The notes beneath the pieces are model-generated. The model worked only from the letters and a program-made list of their open reading frames with translations. It was not told the DNA's origin and searched no databases. A stretch of DNA of 64,000 bases, from assembly GCA_963662655.2 (NCBI GenBank), contig CAXXTU010000001.1, forward strand, positions 64,001 through 128,000, read 5' to 3'. Of this stretch, positions 1 to 10,231 are shown piece after piece. The position numbers and the translations under genes were made by a program. Within the stretch, counting starts at the first letter, position 1; the number at the start of each line of letters is the position of its first letter. The DNA comes from Candidatus Cloacimonadales bacterium (lineage in GTDB: Bacteria > Cloacimonadota > Cloacimonadia > Cloacimonadales > JAIOQZ01).

Positions 1-1064
1 CAGTACCTTTGTATCAGTAGCGAATTAACCTTTTCACCGGCAAGTTTCTGTTTGGCGTCCATCGCCTCGTCACGCGTGCGATAGGGTCCGGCCGCCACGA
101 CAAAGAGCTCTTTTCCCGCAGCGACTTTGGAAAACGAAATGGCCGGATAACCGGAAGCAATCATCTCCCGGCGATAGCGATCCGCGTTCTCCTCCGTGCT
201 GAACGCCCCGACCTGAAGATAGAACTTCAGCACGTTGTCCGGTATCGACTCCTGCTTCGGAGTCTCTTCGTTCTTCTTCCCGGTCGAATCGAACGTACTG
301 AACTGCGTAACATCGACATCACCCTGATTCCGGTCGTCAAGCTGATGCAGGCGATCCTCCGCCGTGTAGCAATATTGTGTGTATCGGTAGTCGCTCATGA
401 TCTTGCGGTAGGCGTTGATTGCTTGGGCATAATCCCCAAGCTTTTCGTGGCACTCTCCGATCTTCAGCCACAGAAGGGGGATATTGTTGACCTTGGTCGA
501 ATTGCGCATCGATTCCAGCGTACGGAGCGCGGAGGAGAAATCCCCCTTGTTCAGTTGTGCGGTCGCGATGGTAAACCACGACGACTCGACCATCACCGGA
601 TCCTGCGAATGGCTGATATAGACCTGTGCGGAAGATATCGCGAGGTTGTTTTTCTCCAGCCGTTCGTAAGTCTTGGCAAGCCAGTAGTCTTTCTCGATCA
701 AATCGGACTGGGCCAATCCGGCAAGCGCGGCTTCGGCACTCGTGTAATCGCGCTCGAAAAAAGCGAGCTTGGCGATCTCGAGCAAGGCCATTTTCCCGTA
801 ATGCGTATGCGGATACGATTCGTTCAACGCCAGCAGCTTCCCTTTCTGATCCTCACCGGCGAGCAACGCTCCGAAGTAACCGGCGCACGCCTTTTCATTC
901 GCCTGTTCGGCAGTCTGCTTCACCAGCGCTTGCAAACGCGCGATATCGCCTTTCCGATAGGCGTCTTCGCAGTCTTCGACGATACCGGCGAAAAGACATT
1001 GCACTGTGATTAAAACAAGGCCGATTACCAGAGCGATTCTCATCGTTATATCTTTAACTCTCAT
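1..1064 (-). CDS. Secreted TPR-repeat protein with C-terminal SPOR (peptidoglycan-binding) domain; ends at or just beyond the window edge
   Basis: Translated by hand (not in the ORF track): MRVKDITMRIALVIGLVLITVQCLFA signal-like start, TPR-like helices (LLWLKIGECHEKLGDYAQAINAYRKI), SPOR motif FYLQVGAFSTEENA...VAAGPYRTRDEA. Confidence 0.8.
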   Translation of the reverse strand, partial: MRVKDITMRIALVIGLVLITVQCLFAGIVEDCEDAYRKGDIARLQALVKQTAEQANEKACAGYFGALLAGEDQKGKLLALNESYPHTHYGKMALLEIAKLAFFERDYTSAEAALAGLAQSDLIEKDYWLAKTYERLEKNNLAISSAQVYISHSQDPVMVESSWFTIATAQLNKGDFSSALRTLESMRNSTKVNNIPLLWLKIGECHEKLGDYAQAINAYRKIMSDYRYTQYCYTAEDRLHQLDDRNQGDVDVTQFSTFDSTGKKNEETPKQESIPDNVLKFYLQVGAFSTEENADRYRREMIASGYPAISFSKVAAGKELFVVAAGPYRTRDEAMDAKQKLAGEKVNSLLIQRY

Positions 1065-1074
1065 GGTTGAACTT

Positions 1075-2268
1075 CTATTTCACTTTCATTCTCACGATTG
1101 AATGTTCTCCCGGATCGGCATCGCACGGTACCTTCACGGTGGTGTTGGGCCTCGCCGAGGTCGTCGGCGTTCCATCTTCTTCAAAAATCGATTCCACTCG
1201 CAAGCTTGCATCATGGACAAAGTCAGGCGCGATAACCTCGATGGCATCTCCGGGCTCGAACTTTGATTTGCAGCTTATCTCGGCCATCCCGTCCCGGTAG
1301 CGGAGGACCTCGCCCAGATACTGGTAGTCCCTGATGTAACCAGATGTGGGATAGTATTGTGCCCCCGTGGAGGAGAATCCGTCGAAGAAGCCTTCGTAAT
1401 AGGGACGATGGCTAACCTTCCCGAGCTCTCCGGCCAATCCGGGATCGATCGCCTCTCCCCTTCTCGCCGCGTCGATCGCATTGCGGTACGCCCTGGTGAC
1501 TGCCGCGACGTAATACAGGCTCTTCATGCGTCCTTCGATCTTGACGCTGGAAACACCCGCGTCAAGAATCTCGGGGATCCTGTCGATCAGGCACAAGTCA
1601 CGTGAATTGAAGAAGTAGGTTCCTCGCTCGTCCTCGTTGACGGTGAATACCTCACCTTCGCGAGAGCTCTCTACAAGGTGGTACTCCCAGCGACACGCCT
1701 GCGTGCACAATCCCTGATTGGCACTGCGGTCATTGAGAAATGCGCTTATCAGGCACCTTCCCGACCATGCGATGCACATCGCGCCGTGGACGAACATCTC
1801 GAGTTCCATCTCGGGTACACGCTTCTTGATCTCGCGAATCTCCGCCAGCGTCAATTCCCGCGCGAGGATAATCCGGCTCGCTCCGAGCTTGTGCCAGAAC
1901 TCCACCGATTTCCAGGATGTCACATTCGCCTGCGTGCTGATGTGGATATTCAATCCGGCGTCACGAGCAAGCTGGAAGACTCCCGGATCGGACACGATGA
2001 CCGCGTCGACTTCGATCTCTTTCAGGAATTCGAGGTAGGATGGCAGGGAGGAGACATCCTCATTGCGAGCGTAGATGTTGACCGTGACGTAGATATTCTT
2101 GCCGAGGCCATGCGTATAATGCACCGCCTGGATCAGCTCCTCGTTGCTGAGGTTGACCGCCTTGGCGCGCAAACCGAACTGACGGCCTCCCGTATAGATT
2201 GCGTCCGCACCGTATAAAAGGGCATACCGGAGCTTTTCAAGGCTGCCGGCAGGAGAGAGTAGTTCCAT
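1075..2268 (-). CDS. Peptidase U32 family protein (TrhP/YegQ-like, tRNA hydroxylation)
   Basis: ELLSPAG start, HISTQAN, FVHGAMCIAWSGRC, CTQACR and KIEGRMKS motifs; its ATG overlaps the rho stop. Confidence 0.9.
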   Translation of the reverse strand: MELLSPAGSLEKLRYALLYGADAIYTGGRQFGLRAKAVNLSNEELIQAVHYTHGLGKNIYVTVNIYARNEDVSSLPSYLEFLKEIEVDAVIVSDPGVFQLARDAGLNIHISTQANVTSWKSVEFWHKLGASRIILARELTLAEIREIKKRVPEMELEMFVHGAMCIAWSGRCLISAFLNDRSANQGLCTQACRWEYHLVESSREGEVFTVNEDERGTYFFNSRDLCLIDRIPEILDAGVSSVKIEGRMKSLYYVAAVTRAYRNAIDAARRGEAIDPGLAGELGKVSHRPYYEGFFDGFSSTGAQYYPTSGYIRDYQYLGEVLRYRDGMAEISCKSKFEPGDAIEVIAPDFVHDASLRVESIFEEDGTPTTSARPNTTVKVPCDADPGEHSIVRMKVK

Positions 2269-3527
2269 TACTGTCCCATGATATTCAGGAATTCGTCGTT
2301 GTTCTTGGATTGCAGCATTTTATTGCGCAACGTCTCGATCCCCTGGAACGGACTCATTGTCTTGAGGAATTTACGCATGACATACATGCGGTTGATCTCG
2401 TTCTGTGTTAGCAGCAGCTCTTCACGACGGGTTCCGGACTTGACGAGGTCGATAGCCGGGAACATGCGGAGGTCGCTGATGGAGCGATCGAGCACGAGTT
2501 CCATATTGCCGGTGCCCTTGAATTCCTCGAAGATCACCTGGTCCATTCGGCTTCCCGTATCGATCAGCGCGGAAGCGATGATGGTGAGCGTTCCCGATTC
2601 GAGTGTGTTACGCGCAGCGCCGAAGAATTTCTTTGGGCGGTGCAAGGCGTTCGCGTCCACACCACCGGAAAGCACCTTACCGCTGGAGGGCTGGATATTG
2701 TTGTACGCACGCGCCAGACGAGTGATGCTGTCGAGCATGATAACCACGTCCTGACCCATCTCGACCATGCGTTTGGCCTTGGCGAGAACCATCTCGGCAA
2801 CCTGGATATGATTGCGTGGAGTTTCGTCGAATGTGGAAGCAACCACTTCCGAGTTCGTCGGAATCAGGGTGCGCCTCATCTCGGTGACCTCTTCTGGGCG
2901 TTCATCCACAAGGAGGACGATCACGTAGACTTCCGGATGATTGGTAAGTATCGCGTTGGCAACATTCTGCATGAGGACGGTTTTACCTGTTCTTGGAGCT
3001 GCGACAATCAACCCACGCTGCCCTTTCCCAATGGGCGTGAAGAGGTTGATCATGCGGGTGGATACGTTCTTGCGATCCGTCTCGAGATCGAGTTTAACCT
3101 CGGGGAAATAAGGCGTGAGCGAATCGAAATTCTTAACTTCGACCACCATATCCGGCTTCTCGTAGTTGACCATGTCAACGCGGAGTAGCGCGTAGTATTT
3201 TTCGCCCTCTTTCGGCGAACGAACCGGACCGGAAACGATATGCCCCTTCTTGAGATTGAAGCGTCTTATCTGCGTGAGCGACACGTAAACGTCGTCGCGT
3301 CCGGGATTGTAATTGTTGTGCTGGAAACGCAGGAAGCCGTAGCCGTCGTCCATGATCTCCAAGCAGCCGTTAACGAAAGCCAGACCTTCTTGCGCGGCAA
3401 GGTTTTCAAGCACCTTGTGGATCAGCTCGTTCTTGCGAAGCGTGGTCATGGAAGGGATTTCAAGCTCGGATCCGATTTTACGCAATTCCTCCATTGTCAT
3501 TGCATAAATATCTTCGGGAATGTTCAT
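2268..3527 (-). CDS. rho: Transcription termination factor Rho
   Basis: DGYGFLR RNA-binding motif, PIGKGQRGLIVAAPRTGKT, DERPEEVTEM, FEEFKGTGNMEL. Confidence 0.98.
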   Translation of the reverse strand: MNIPEDIYAMTMEELRKIGSELEIPSMTTLRKNELIHKVLENLAAQEGLAFVNGCLEIMDDGYGFLRFQHNNYNPGRDDVYVSLTQIRRFNLKKGHIVSGPVRSPKEGEKYYALLRVDMVNYEKPDMVVEVKNFDSLTPYFPEVKLDLETDRKNVSTRMINLFTPIGKGQRGLIVAAPRTGKTVLMQNVANAILTNHPEVYVIVLLVDERPEEVTEMRRTLIPTNSEVVASTFDETPRNHIQVAEMVLAKAKRMVEMGQDVVIMLDSITRLARAYNNIQPSSGKVLSGGVDANALHRPKKFFGAARNTLESGTLTIIASALIDTGSRMDQVIFEEFKGTGNMELVLDRSISDLRMFPAIDLVKSGTRREELLLTQNEINRMYVMRKFLKTMSPFQGIETLRNKMLQSKNNDEFLNIMGQ

Positions 3528-3747
3528 AAATTCTCCTTAGTTGTGCTGGACTCATATGATCCAACCAAAGCAAAATGATTTGCCTGCAACATGATATGTT
3601 TTCTTTTTATTCACTTCAATTGTTCTGACACTCAAGTCATTGAGTCCCTGCGAACAAAAAATGTCAAGATTTTTCGGGGAATGGGCGGAATAGGTGAAAA
3701 ATCCCTTGGGAAACGGGGCGCGCGCCCCTGATGATCAAGCGGATAAC

Positions 3748-3780
3748 AAAACCGGATCACTGAGAAAGCGATCCGGTATT
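3748..3780 (-). terminator. Probable intrinsic terminator after the patatin gene
   Basis: accggatc...gatccggt stem followed by T-run on the minus strand. Confidence 0.55.
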
Positions 3781-3783
3781 CAT

Positions 3784-4839
3784 TCAGCTCCAAACAAGTT
3801 TATTCTTCTTCTCATCATCCTTATCAGGGTCTTTAAACCATTCGAAGTAAACATTTGCGCCCTTTTCTCCTTGCTCAATGAGATTATCCTTCTCCTCGCT
3901 CGTCAAATTGAAATCTGCCGTTTTCACTTTGAGGGTGTTAACGTAAATTGTCCTATTCCAGTCGTCCCCGTGTAAATGGCTGATACCCTGAGCGTTCATG
4001 ATGGACTTGACCAACGCAGTTGAGTAGTTGACAAAATTCTTGATCGGCTTCCTCTCCGTTGCCAAGCGCTTTTGGAACTGCGAGATTTCTTCTTCCGTAT
4101 CCAGCCTGAGTCCCAGGGTCTGGCGGTTGTAGACGAAAGCGTCAGGATCGTCTGGGGCGATATTGTTTTTTGTGTTGACCTTCGCGTAGTATTCGGGAGT
4201 CCCCACAGCCGCTTTTCTTTCATCTTCATCGATGTATTTCAGGCGATCGAAGAGCTTGATTGGATAATTCCGCATTACACCGCCATCTGTATAGATATCC
4301 TGATATACGCCATACTTCTTTGCAGTGAAGATTAAAGGCAGCGACATGCTGAGGCGCAGGGCTTTCACGATGGGCATGTTGGGATGATTATCGAGCGAAA
4401 ACACCTCGGAGAAGCATGTGCTCAGGTTCGTTGCGACGACAAACAATTCCGGCCTTCCGGAATTCACCAGGTCCTTGAACGTAGCATTCCGATTGCCAAG
4501 CACTTCCGCGATGCACTCACCGACCCATCGTTCAAAGAAGTCTCCGCTGGCCCATCCGAATTTTGCTGCGATGTTGAAGATATGCCCAACCCAGTTGATC
4601 GGGCTCCAGCTGGTCTGCATGAAATCCATGAAATCCGTGGTATACATTTTCTCTTTCAATCTGGCGGAATCGTAGCCCAAAGCAAAAAGCAGGGCGTTGA
4701 TCGCACCCGCGCTTGTCCCACCCACGCGCTTGATCGCTTCGATATTGATTTCCCTCTCGAGGACTCTCATCGCCCCGACGTAGGCGATTCCCTTCACGCC
4801 ACCACCTTCGAAAATAAGATTCCTGAATTGCTCAATCAT
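3784..4839 (-). CDS. Patatin-like phospholipase
   Basis: GGGVKG oxyanion motif, GTSAG nucleophile elbow, DGG catalytic Asp. Confidence 0.92.
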   Translation of the reverse strand: MIEQFRNLIFEGGGVKGIAYVGAMRVLEREINIEAIKRVGGTSAGAINALLFALGYDSARLKEKMYTTDFMDFMQTSWSPINWVGHIFNIAAKFGWASGDFFERWVGECIAEVLGNRNATFKDLVNSGRPELFVVATNLSTCFSEVFSLDNHPNMPIVKALRLSMSLPLIFTAKKYGVYQDIYTDGGVMRNYPIKLFDRLKYIDEDERKAAVGTPEYYAKVNTKNNIAPDDPDAFVYNRQTLGLRLDTEEEISQFQKRLATERKPIKNFVNYSTALVKSIMNAQGISHLHGDDWNRTIYVNTLKVKTADFNLTSEEKDNLIEQGEKGANVYFEWFKDPDKDDEKKNKLVWS

Positions 4840-4982
4840 GAACTCCTCCTTGTCTTTCGTTGTTGAATCGCATATAAGAAAGCCACAGAGATAGCCAACA
4901 AACGATTATTGAAGAGAACTCACTTGTCAAGAATATTAATAATAGTTTTAACGCATGCGAATGATCGGAGCATCTTTTAAAA

Positions 4983-5020
4983 GAAAAAAGCGCTACCGCC
5001 AAACGTCAGTAGCGCTAAAA
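4983..5020 (-). terminator. Intrinsic terminator downstream of the small ORF
   Basis: agcgctac...gtagcgct stem with T-tract on the minus strand. Confidence 0.7.
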
Positions 5021-5070
5021 TCTAGATCCGGCAGAGATAACCACCTCAACCCGGCAATGAAAAAGACAAG

Positions 5071-5217
5071 CTATTCTTCGGTGTCGTCGAGGTCCTCTGT
5101 ATCTTCAGGGACGTCCCACTCTTCTTCCTCGCAAGCATCGAAGAAGTTTTTCTTGATCAAAAAGAACGCACCGGCAATCAATCCAGCAAAGAATAGGAAT
5201 TTGAAGAATTTTTTCAT
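5071..5217 (-). CDS. 48-aa small membrane-anchored protein with acidic tail
   Basis: MKKFFKFLFFAGLIAGAFFLIKKNFFDACEEEEWDVPEDTEDLDDTEE*; GGAG RBS upstream; terminator downstream; below the ORF-track size cutoff. Confidence 0.7.
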   Translation of the reverse strand: MKKFFKFLFFAGLIAGAFFLIKKNFFDACEEEEWDVPEDTEDLDDTEE

Positions 5218-5512
5218 CCAAGGCTCCTGATTTATCTTCTTTTTTGTTTAACCATTTTCCCTTTGATGTTATGGATTCCATTACAACTTTCGCAAACCAT
5301 GAAAAGAAAACGCACAGAAATCAGAAGAATGCTTATCTTCATGAGCGGAACAAGTAATCCAATGATTTCCATCTCGTTTCCTCCATTTATCGATAGAATA
5401 TTCAGCCGCTTCTATTTGTAAAGTAATTTCTTGGAGAATGGATGATTTCTCTGGATTTGCTCTCATGAAAAAAGAATTGGACAAAAAAAGCCCTCTTGTT
5501 GATGAATTAAAC

Positions 5513-6259
5513 ATGAGAAGAAACACTATTTTCCTGGTAACCCTTATCCTTCTTGCCCTCAGCGGATGCAAAAAAGAGGGCGACCGGCCAGGCCCGGAAG
5601 CTGCCAACAAGCTCGTGCAGCCAGTGAAGATCGAGGCGTATGCGAAGAACAGCCTAATCGGGCACGCACTGATCGGATACATCGACGGCAAGCTCAGCGA
5701 CATTCGTTTCTACGACAGCAGCGAGAAGCTGATCCTGATGCTGATGCCTGAAATCGACAGCGCTATCAACCGAGTCAACTGGACCCTCCTTTCGAGGGGA
5801 TTCACCGCGACCTACAACTACCGCGATGACGGTCTCGACAGAATCACCTTCGACGGAGACCCGATCTTCTCGATCATCCGCATCGTCGGTGACAGCATGC
5901 ACAATATCAAACGCATGATCGCCGTAAAAGCCGGGAATGAGGAGTCGGATCAGGAAGATTTCCCAACGGAATCGCTCGAGATCGAGAACGAATTCATTTC
6001 GGGGAATCGCATCACCGCCTCAGCGATTTTCAGAATCGACGACTATGACGCCCCCGCAGGATATCTGATCTACCATTACAACGATTTGGGCAACCTTCAC
6101 GCGATCGAATATAAAAATCCGCTCATGAAGAAGCACGACGAATACAAGATATTGTTCAAATACTCCGGTATCGGAGAGACGGACCGCGACAAGATGCAGC
6201 AAATCGAGAGAACGATGCTCCTTCCGACACCCGTTATCTTTGAATGGATTCTGGATTGA
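5513..6259 (+). CDS. Hypothetical lipoprotein
   Basis: MRRNTIFLVTLILLALSGC lipobox; start moved from 5438 to the signal-peptide Met. Confidence 0.7.
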   Translation: MRRNTIFLVTLILLALSGCKKEGDRPGPEAANKLVQPVKIEAYAKNSLIGHALIGYIDGKLSDIRFYDSSEKLILMLMPEIDSAINRVNWTLLSRGFTATYNYRDDGLDRITFDGDPIFSIIRIVGDSMHNIKRMIAVKAGNEESDQEDFPTESLEIENEFISGNRITASAIFRIDDYDAPAGYLIYHYNDLGNLHAIEYKNPLMKKHDEYKILFKYSGIGETDRDKMQQIERTMLLPTPVIFEWILD

Positions 6260-6668
6260 TCGGCTTTTTACCAAGCCTGTCCCAGCGCATTTCGAACGCC
6301 TTCACAACAACATAAGCCAATAGCGCGAACACGAAGAATATCAAGAGCAGCCAGGCAATCCCCGAAAGGGAACCGATCACCGTGCGATACACCTCCAGAA
6401 ACAACCGCGAGTAGTTCAGCGGAATGACCTTGCTGTTTTCCAGGTACTGCGATGGGTTGATGTATTGCTCGATGCTGTTGATCCGCACGCCAGCGGATAT
6501 CCCCACGATATAAATCGCGAACTTGATGTAGCGCAGCCAGGCCGTGTAGATATCCTCGTTGATCAGCCGTTGCAGGATCATGCGAAGCGGCTTGCTGAAG
6601 ATCAGTACGCAGACGTTGCATACGACGATCGAAATCAGAAACGTCATCAGTAGCAGGGAAAAGAACAT
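6234..6668 (-). CDS. Hypothetical membrane protein (about 3 TM)
   Basis: Hydrophobic segments; GGAGG RBS; downstream of the lemA-TPM cluster. Confidence 0.75.
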   Translation of the reverse strand: MFFSLLLMTFLISIVVCNVCVLIFSKPLRMILQRLINEDIYTAWLRYIKFAIYIVGISAGVRINSIEQYINPSQYLENSKVIPLNYSRLFLEVYRTVIGSLSGIAWLLLIFFVFALLAYVVVKAFEMRWDRLGKKPINPESIQR

Positions 6669-6721
6669 GCGTCCTCCCCGTTAAACGGTTTCAGAACTAG
6701 AGAATATGCTTTCGACGCTTT

Positions 6722-7486
6722 CTACCAACTTCCACTGGAGCCACCGCCGCCAAAGCCGCCGCCGCCACCGAAGAAACCGCCGCCACCGCCGAAGCCGCTT
6801 CCACCACCGAATCCACCGCGGGACGAACCGCCGGAACGTCCACCGCTCAGGAGCAGCAACCACAGGAGGCCGCTACCGCGCCGCCCTCTTCTCAATCCGC
6901 CGAACAGAATGAAAAGAACGAACACAATCATTCCTACCGGTATGTGGGTTACTCTTTTTCTGGATGCAGTTTTCTGGGTCTTTTGAAGCTCTTCCGGGCT
7001 GATCTGGAATTCCTTGGTGATCAGGCCCTCGAGCTGCGTTGTGGCGTTGCTCAGCCCTTCGTAGTAATTTCCTTTGCGAAAGCTGGGTATAAGGGTTTTT
7101 CGTATGATGTAATCGCTTTTCAGATCCGTGATAACGCCCTCGAGCCCGTAACCGACCTCGATGCGAACCTTTCTGTCGTCCCTCGACACAACGATCAGGA
7201 CGCCGTTGTCGTCTTTCTGGGTCCCAAGTTTCCACTTGTCTGCGACTCGTATGGAGTAGCTCTCAATCGGCTCTCCGTGCAGCGATTTCACCGTAAGGAT
7301 TGCGACCTGTGCCGATGTCTTTGCCTGGATATCGCGCAATTTCTGTTCGAGCTGCCTCTCTTGCGTCGAGGACATGATATCCGCCTGGTCGTTCACCGCG
7401 TAACCGCTCTGTTTGGGAACATCCAGAGCGAACAGAGGAACGAGGAATATAATGATCAGCGCTGTGGTGATGATTTTATTCGTCAT
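6722..7486 (-). CDS. TPM-domain protein (YgcG-like) with Gly-rich tail
   Basis: VNDQADIMS, DDNGVLIVVSRDDRKVRIEVGYGLEG, terminal GGGGFGGGGSSGSW. Confidence 0.92.
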   Translation of the reverse strand: MTNKIITTALIIIFLVPLFALDVPKQSGYAVNDQADIMSSTQERQLEQKLRDIQAKTSAQVAILTVKSLHGEPIESYSIRVADKWKLGTQKDDNGVLIVVSRDDRKVRIEVGYGLEGVITDLKSDYIIRKTLIPSFRKGNYYEGLSNATTQLEGLITKEFQISPEELQKTQKTASRKRVTHIPVGMIVFVLFILFGGLRRGRRGSGLLWLLLLSGGRSGGSSRGGFGGGSGFGGGGGFFGGGGGFGGGGSSGSW

Positions 7487-7488
7487 GA

Positions 7489-8169
7489 TCAGCGCTCCAG
7501 TATGTTTATTCGGTTCGAGAGTTCATTGGTGTCGTCCGCCTTGATGGGGAAATGCGTTTCGAGAAGGTTTCCGCACATCTCAACGGCCTTACACAGGGAA
7601 TCGGCCAGCTTCCGGTTACAAATGCCTTTGATAATGATATCGACAATATGATCCCACTCGTCCTGTGGAATCTTCTCCGCGATGCCCTTATCGGCGATCA
7701 ACTCGACTCTCCGCTCGAGCTGCGAGATAAAAATGAGAATCCCGGTGCGATCACGGGTATCGTACACGCCCGAATCGAGAAACTCGCGGTGCGCGCGCTG
7801 CTTCACCTTTTCTTCCCGGTATCTGCGCGGAACGATCAGACGATCGATCAAAGGGATATTCGCCAGCGCGTACGCGATGGAGATAATCAGAAAGCTGCCG
7901 AAGCCGTAGAACATGACCAGCGGATATGCCCTGCTCTCGACGCCCGAGCCCCAGAAAAGGCTCGAAAGCCAGTTCTCGATTCCTTGAATCCAGAACAGCA
8001 TCGCGACGAAGCAGACGAAGCCGCAGACAACGGCGGTCATCAATTCAAAAATCGCATAGCTGTCGCTCTGTGGGATCATCGCAAGGGCAATTTCACCCGA
8101 GGTGTTCTTCTCCGCCTTCTCTACAGATTTACCGATTCGTTCGATTTCCTCTTGCGCAAGCTTGATCAT
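7489..8169 (-). CDS. TPM-domain membrane protein
   Basis: AEKNTSGEI, TRDRTGILIFISQLERRVELIADKGI, NELSN. Confidence 0.88.
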   Translation of the reverse strand: MIKLAQEEIERIGKSVEKAEKNTSGEIALAMIPQSDSYAIFELMTAVVCGFVCFVAMLFWIQGIENWLSSLFWGSGVESRAYPLVMFYGFGSFLIISIAYALANIPLIDRLIVPRRYREEKVKQRAHREFLDSGVYDTRDRTGILIFISQLERRVELIADKGIAEKIPQDEWDHIVDIIIKGICNRKLADSLCKAVEMCGNLLETHFPIKADDTNELSNRINILER

Positions 8170-8798
8170 TTATCCTTCGCCTTGTCCATCAGTTCCTGCA
8201 CGTTCGGAGCCTGATCCGCTCCTTGCTGGGCGGTGAAGTAAGGCCTCTCGTCAAAACCCATCAAGTTGGCAATGAACATCGCGGGGAACTTCTTGATCGC
8301 TGTGTTGTATGCACGGGCGGTCTCGTTGAAGCGTTGACGCTCGACCGTGATCCGGTTCTCGGTTCCTTCGAGCTGACTCTGAAGAGCCAGGAAATTCTCG
8401 TTCGCCTTCAGATCCGGATATCTTTCCACCACGACCATCAGCCGGGAGAGCGCACCGCCAAGAGAATTCTGCGCTTGCTGGAACTGCTGGAAAGCAGCCG
8501 GGTTGTTCAGCATGTCTTGACCGACCTGGATCGTGCCGCCAACCTTTGCGCGAGCTTCGGTAACGGCAGTCAGCGTTTCCTGCTCGTGAATGGCGTATCC
8601 CTGAACGGTCGCGACAAGATTGGGAATTAAATCGAAGCGACGTTGGTAAACGTTCTCGACCTGGCTCCATTTCTCCTTAACGGCTTCGTCCATCGCCACA
8701 AGCGAGTTATAGGTGTTTTTACCCCAGATAAATACGGATATTACGGCAATAAGCAGTATCGCAAAAACGATAAGACAACCAATCGCGAATTTCTTCAT
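8166..8798 (-). CDS. lemA: LemA family protein
   Basis: WSQVENVYQRRFDLIPNLV, ERYPDLKANENF, LEGTENRI. Confidence 0.95.
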   Translation of the reverse strand: MKKFAIGCLIVFAILLIAVISVFIWGKNTYNSLVAMDEAVKEKWSQVENVYQRRFDLIPNLVATVQGYAIHEQETLTAVTEARAKVGGTIQVGQDMLNNPAAFQQFQQAQNSLGGALSRLMVVVERYPDLKANENFLALQSQLEGTENRITVERQRFNETARAYNTAIKKFPAMFIANLMGFDERPYFTAQQGADQAPNVQELMDKAKDK

Positions 8799-8840
8799 TT
8801 CTCCTCCAGCGTGATATAAAAATTGTGTATTGAAAGAATG

Positions 8841-9155
8841 TTATTTCTTGGGTTCACTGTTTTCAGTATCTTTGTCTTCGTTCGTTTCGTTTCCACGGAT
8901 GTAGGTTGTGGGTTCTTCGTTCAGATTGCTGAGCTGGCTAATGAACCGATTGAAACTCAGGTTGGCAACGCGCATGTAGATACCGAAAAGCACAAAACCA
9001 AGAACGATCGTCATCAAACTCAGGTAGAAATAGAATTCGATATCTGTATCACCGATAAATTTCATGAAAAAGAATCCGAAGCCAAGAATCCCGGCAGCCA
9101 GGAAAATATATGCAAGCACAGTAAAAATTCTGTTTACAATCGTAGGATTTACCAT
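8841..9155 (-). CDS. Small 2-TM hypothetical protein
   Basis: Two hydrophobic helices; same strand and upstream of lemA. Confidence 0.6.
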   Translation of the reverse strand: MVNPTIVNRIFTVLAYIFLAAGILGFGFFFMKFIGDTDIEFYFYLSLMTIVLGFVLFGIYMRVANLSFNRFISQLSNLNEEPTTYIRGNETNEDKDTENSEPKK

Positions 9156-9352
9156 TTTATCCCCTTTTCGAGAAAATTCATTTTATCACAATCTATATCA
9201 TGTGTCTTTTATCTTTTAAATTGTCAAGCACAAATATGAATTATCCGCGATACACAGTCTTGAAGCATCGTGCAAAATCGAAGCGGGACGATTCTCCAAA
9301 GGTTTTCCTCGACAGATTCACCGCCGGGTGATCACCTGCAACCGGAGGCGAA

Positions 9353-10231
9353 ATGAACGAGGCCGAGTTTTCCAGGTTTGTGAGCAACCACCAAGTTGTC
9401 CTTCTCGACGGGGGTTGGGGGCATCAATTGCTCCAATACGGCACTCCATGCCCCGATTACCTGAACATCGTAAATCCCGCCGCTGTAAAGAAGATTGCCG
9501 AATCATTCCTTCGAGCCGGATCGGCCATCATCGGTACGAACACCTTTGGGGCCAACAGAATTCGACTCAGTGATCTCGACTTGGATAAGCACGCAAGAGA
9601 GATCAATCGACGCGGTGCGGACATTTCCCTGAATGCAGCCGCCGGCAAAGCCCTTGTGGCGGGGACAATCGGACCGGCGGTCAGCGTGTGGAACATATCG
9701 CTCTCGAATCGGCTTTACGATTGTTTCGCCGAGCAGGCGATGTTCCTCAGCGATGCCGGCGTTGACCTCCTCTGCCTCGAGACCATGCAGGACATCCGGC
9801 AACTGGAGATCGCACTCGTTGCCAGCTACGAGGCATGCGGATTACCGGTTCTGTGCAGCGTTTCCCCTCCTCGCGGCGAGCGGGAATCTCGATCCGGGCT
9901 TGTCATCGCTTGTTGCGAATTCGCCGTCCGTCACTGCGTAGTAGCTTTTGGCGTCAATTGCGGTGAAAGCGCGGACGACCTCCTCCCTTTCATCGAGCCA
10001 CTCCGCAGCGTTTTCCCGGAAACGCCCATCCTTTTCAAGCCCAGCGCCGGTGTTCCCGAAAAGATCGACGGTCAATGGCGTTATCCGATCAAGCCGGAGC
10101 CGTTCGCGCAGTACATCCGGGAAGCCGTAAACGCCGGAGCGAAACTCGTGGGTGGTTGCTGCGGAACGGATGCCTCCTACATTGAAGAGACACGCACAAT
10201 ATTGAATGATATAAACCCGGAGGAGTCATGA
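9353..10231 (+). CDS. Homocysteine S-methyltransferase family protein (stand-alone MetH N-terminal domain)
   Basis: LLDGGWG, TNTFGAN, GVNC and GGCCGT zinc-ligand motifs. Confidence 0.88.
   Translation: MNEAEFSRFVSNHQVVLLDGGWGHQLLQYGTPCPDYLNIVNPAAVKKIAESFLRAGSAIIGTNTFGANRIRLSDLDLDKHAREINRRGADISLNAAAGKALVAGTIGPAVSVWNISLSNRLYDCFAEQAMFLSDAGVDLLCLETMQDIRQLEIALVASYEACGLPVLCSVSPPRGERESRSGLVIACCEFAVRHCVVAFGVNCGESADDLLPFIEPLRSVFPETPILFKPSAGVPEKIDGQWRYPIKPEPFAQYIREAVNAGAKLVGGCCGTDASYIEETRTILNDINPEES

Noticed and set aside
3784..4839. CBASS operon
   Set aside because: No CD-NTase or cap2/cap3 neighbours.
3663..4931. tgtcaag repeats flanking the patatin gene as att sites or target duplications
   Set aside because: The motif is the reverse complement of cTTGACA (-35 box) and recurs upstream of many minus-strand genes.
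6722..6850. ccgccg/ccaccg low-complexity repeat
   Set aside because: Encodes the usual Gly-rich tail of TPM proteins.
9160..9352. SAM or cobalamin riboswitch upstream of the homocysteine methyltransferase
   Set aside because: No recognisable consensus motifs.
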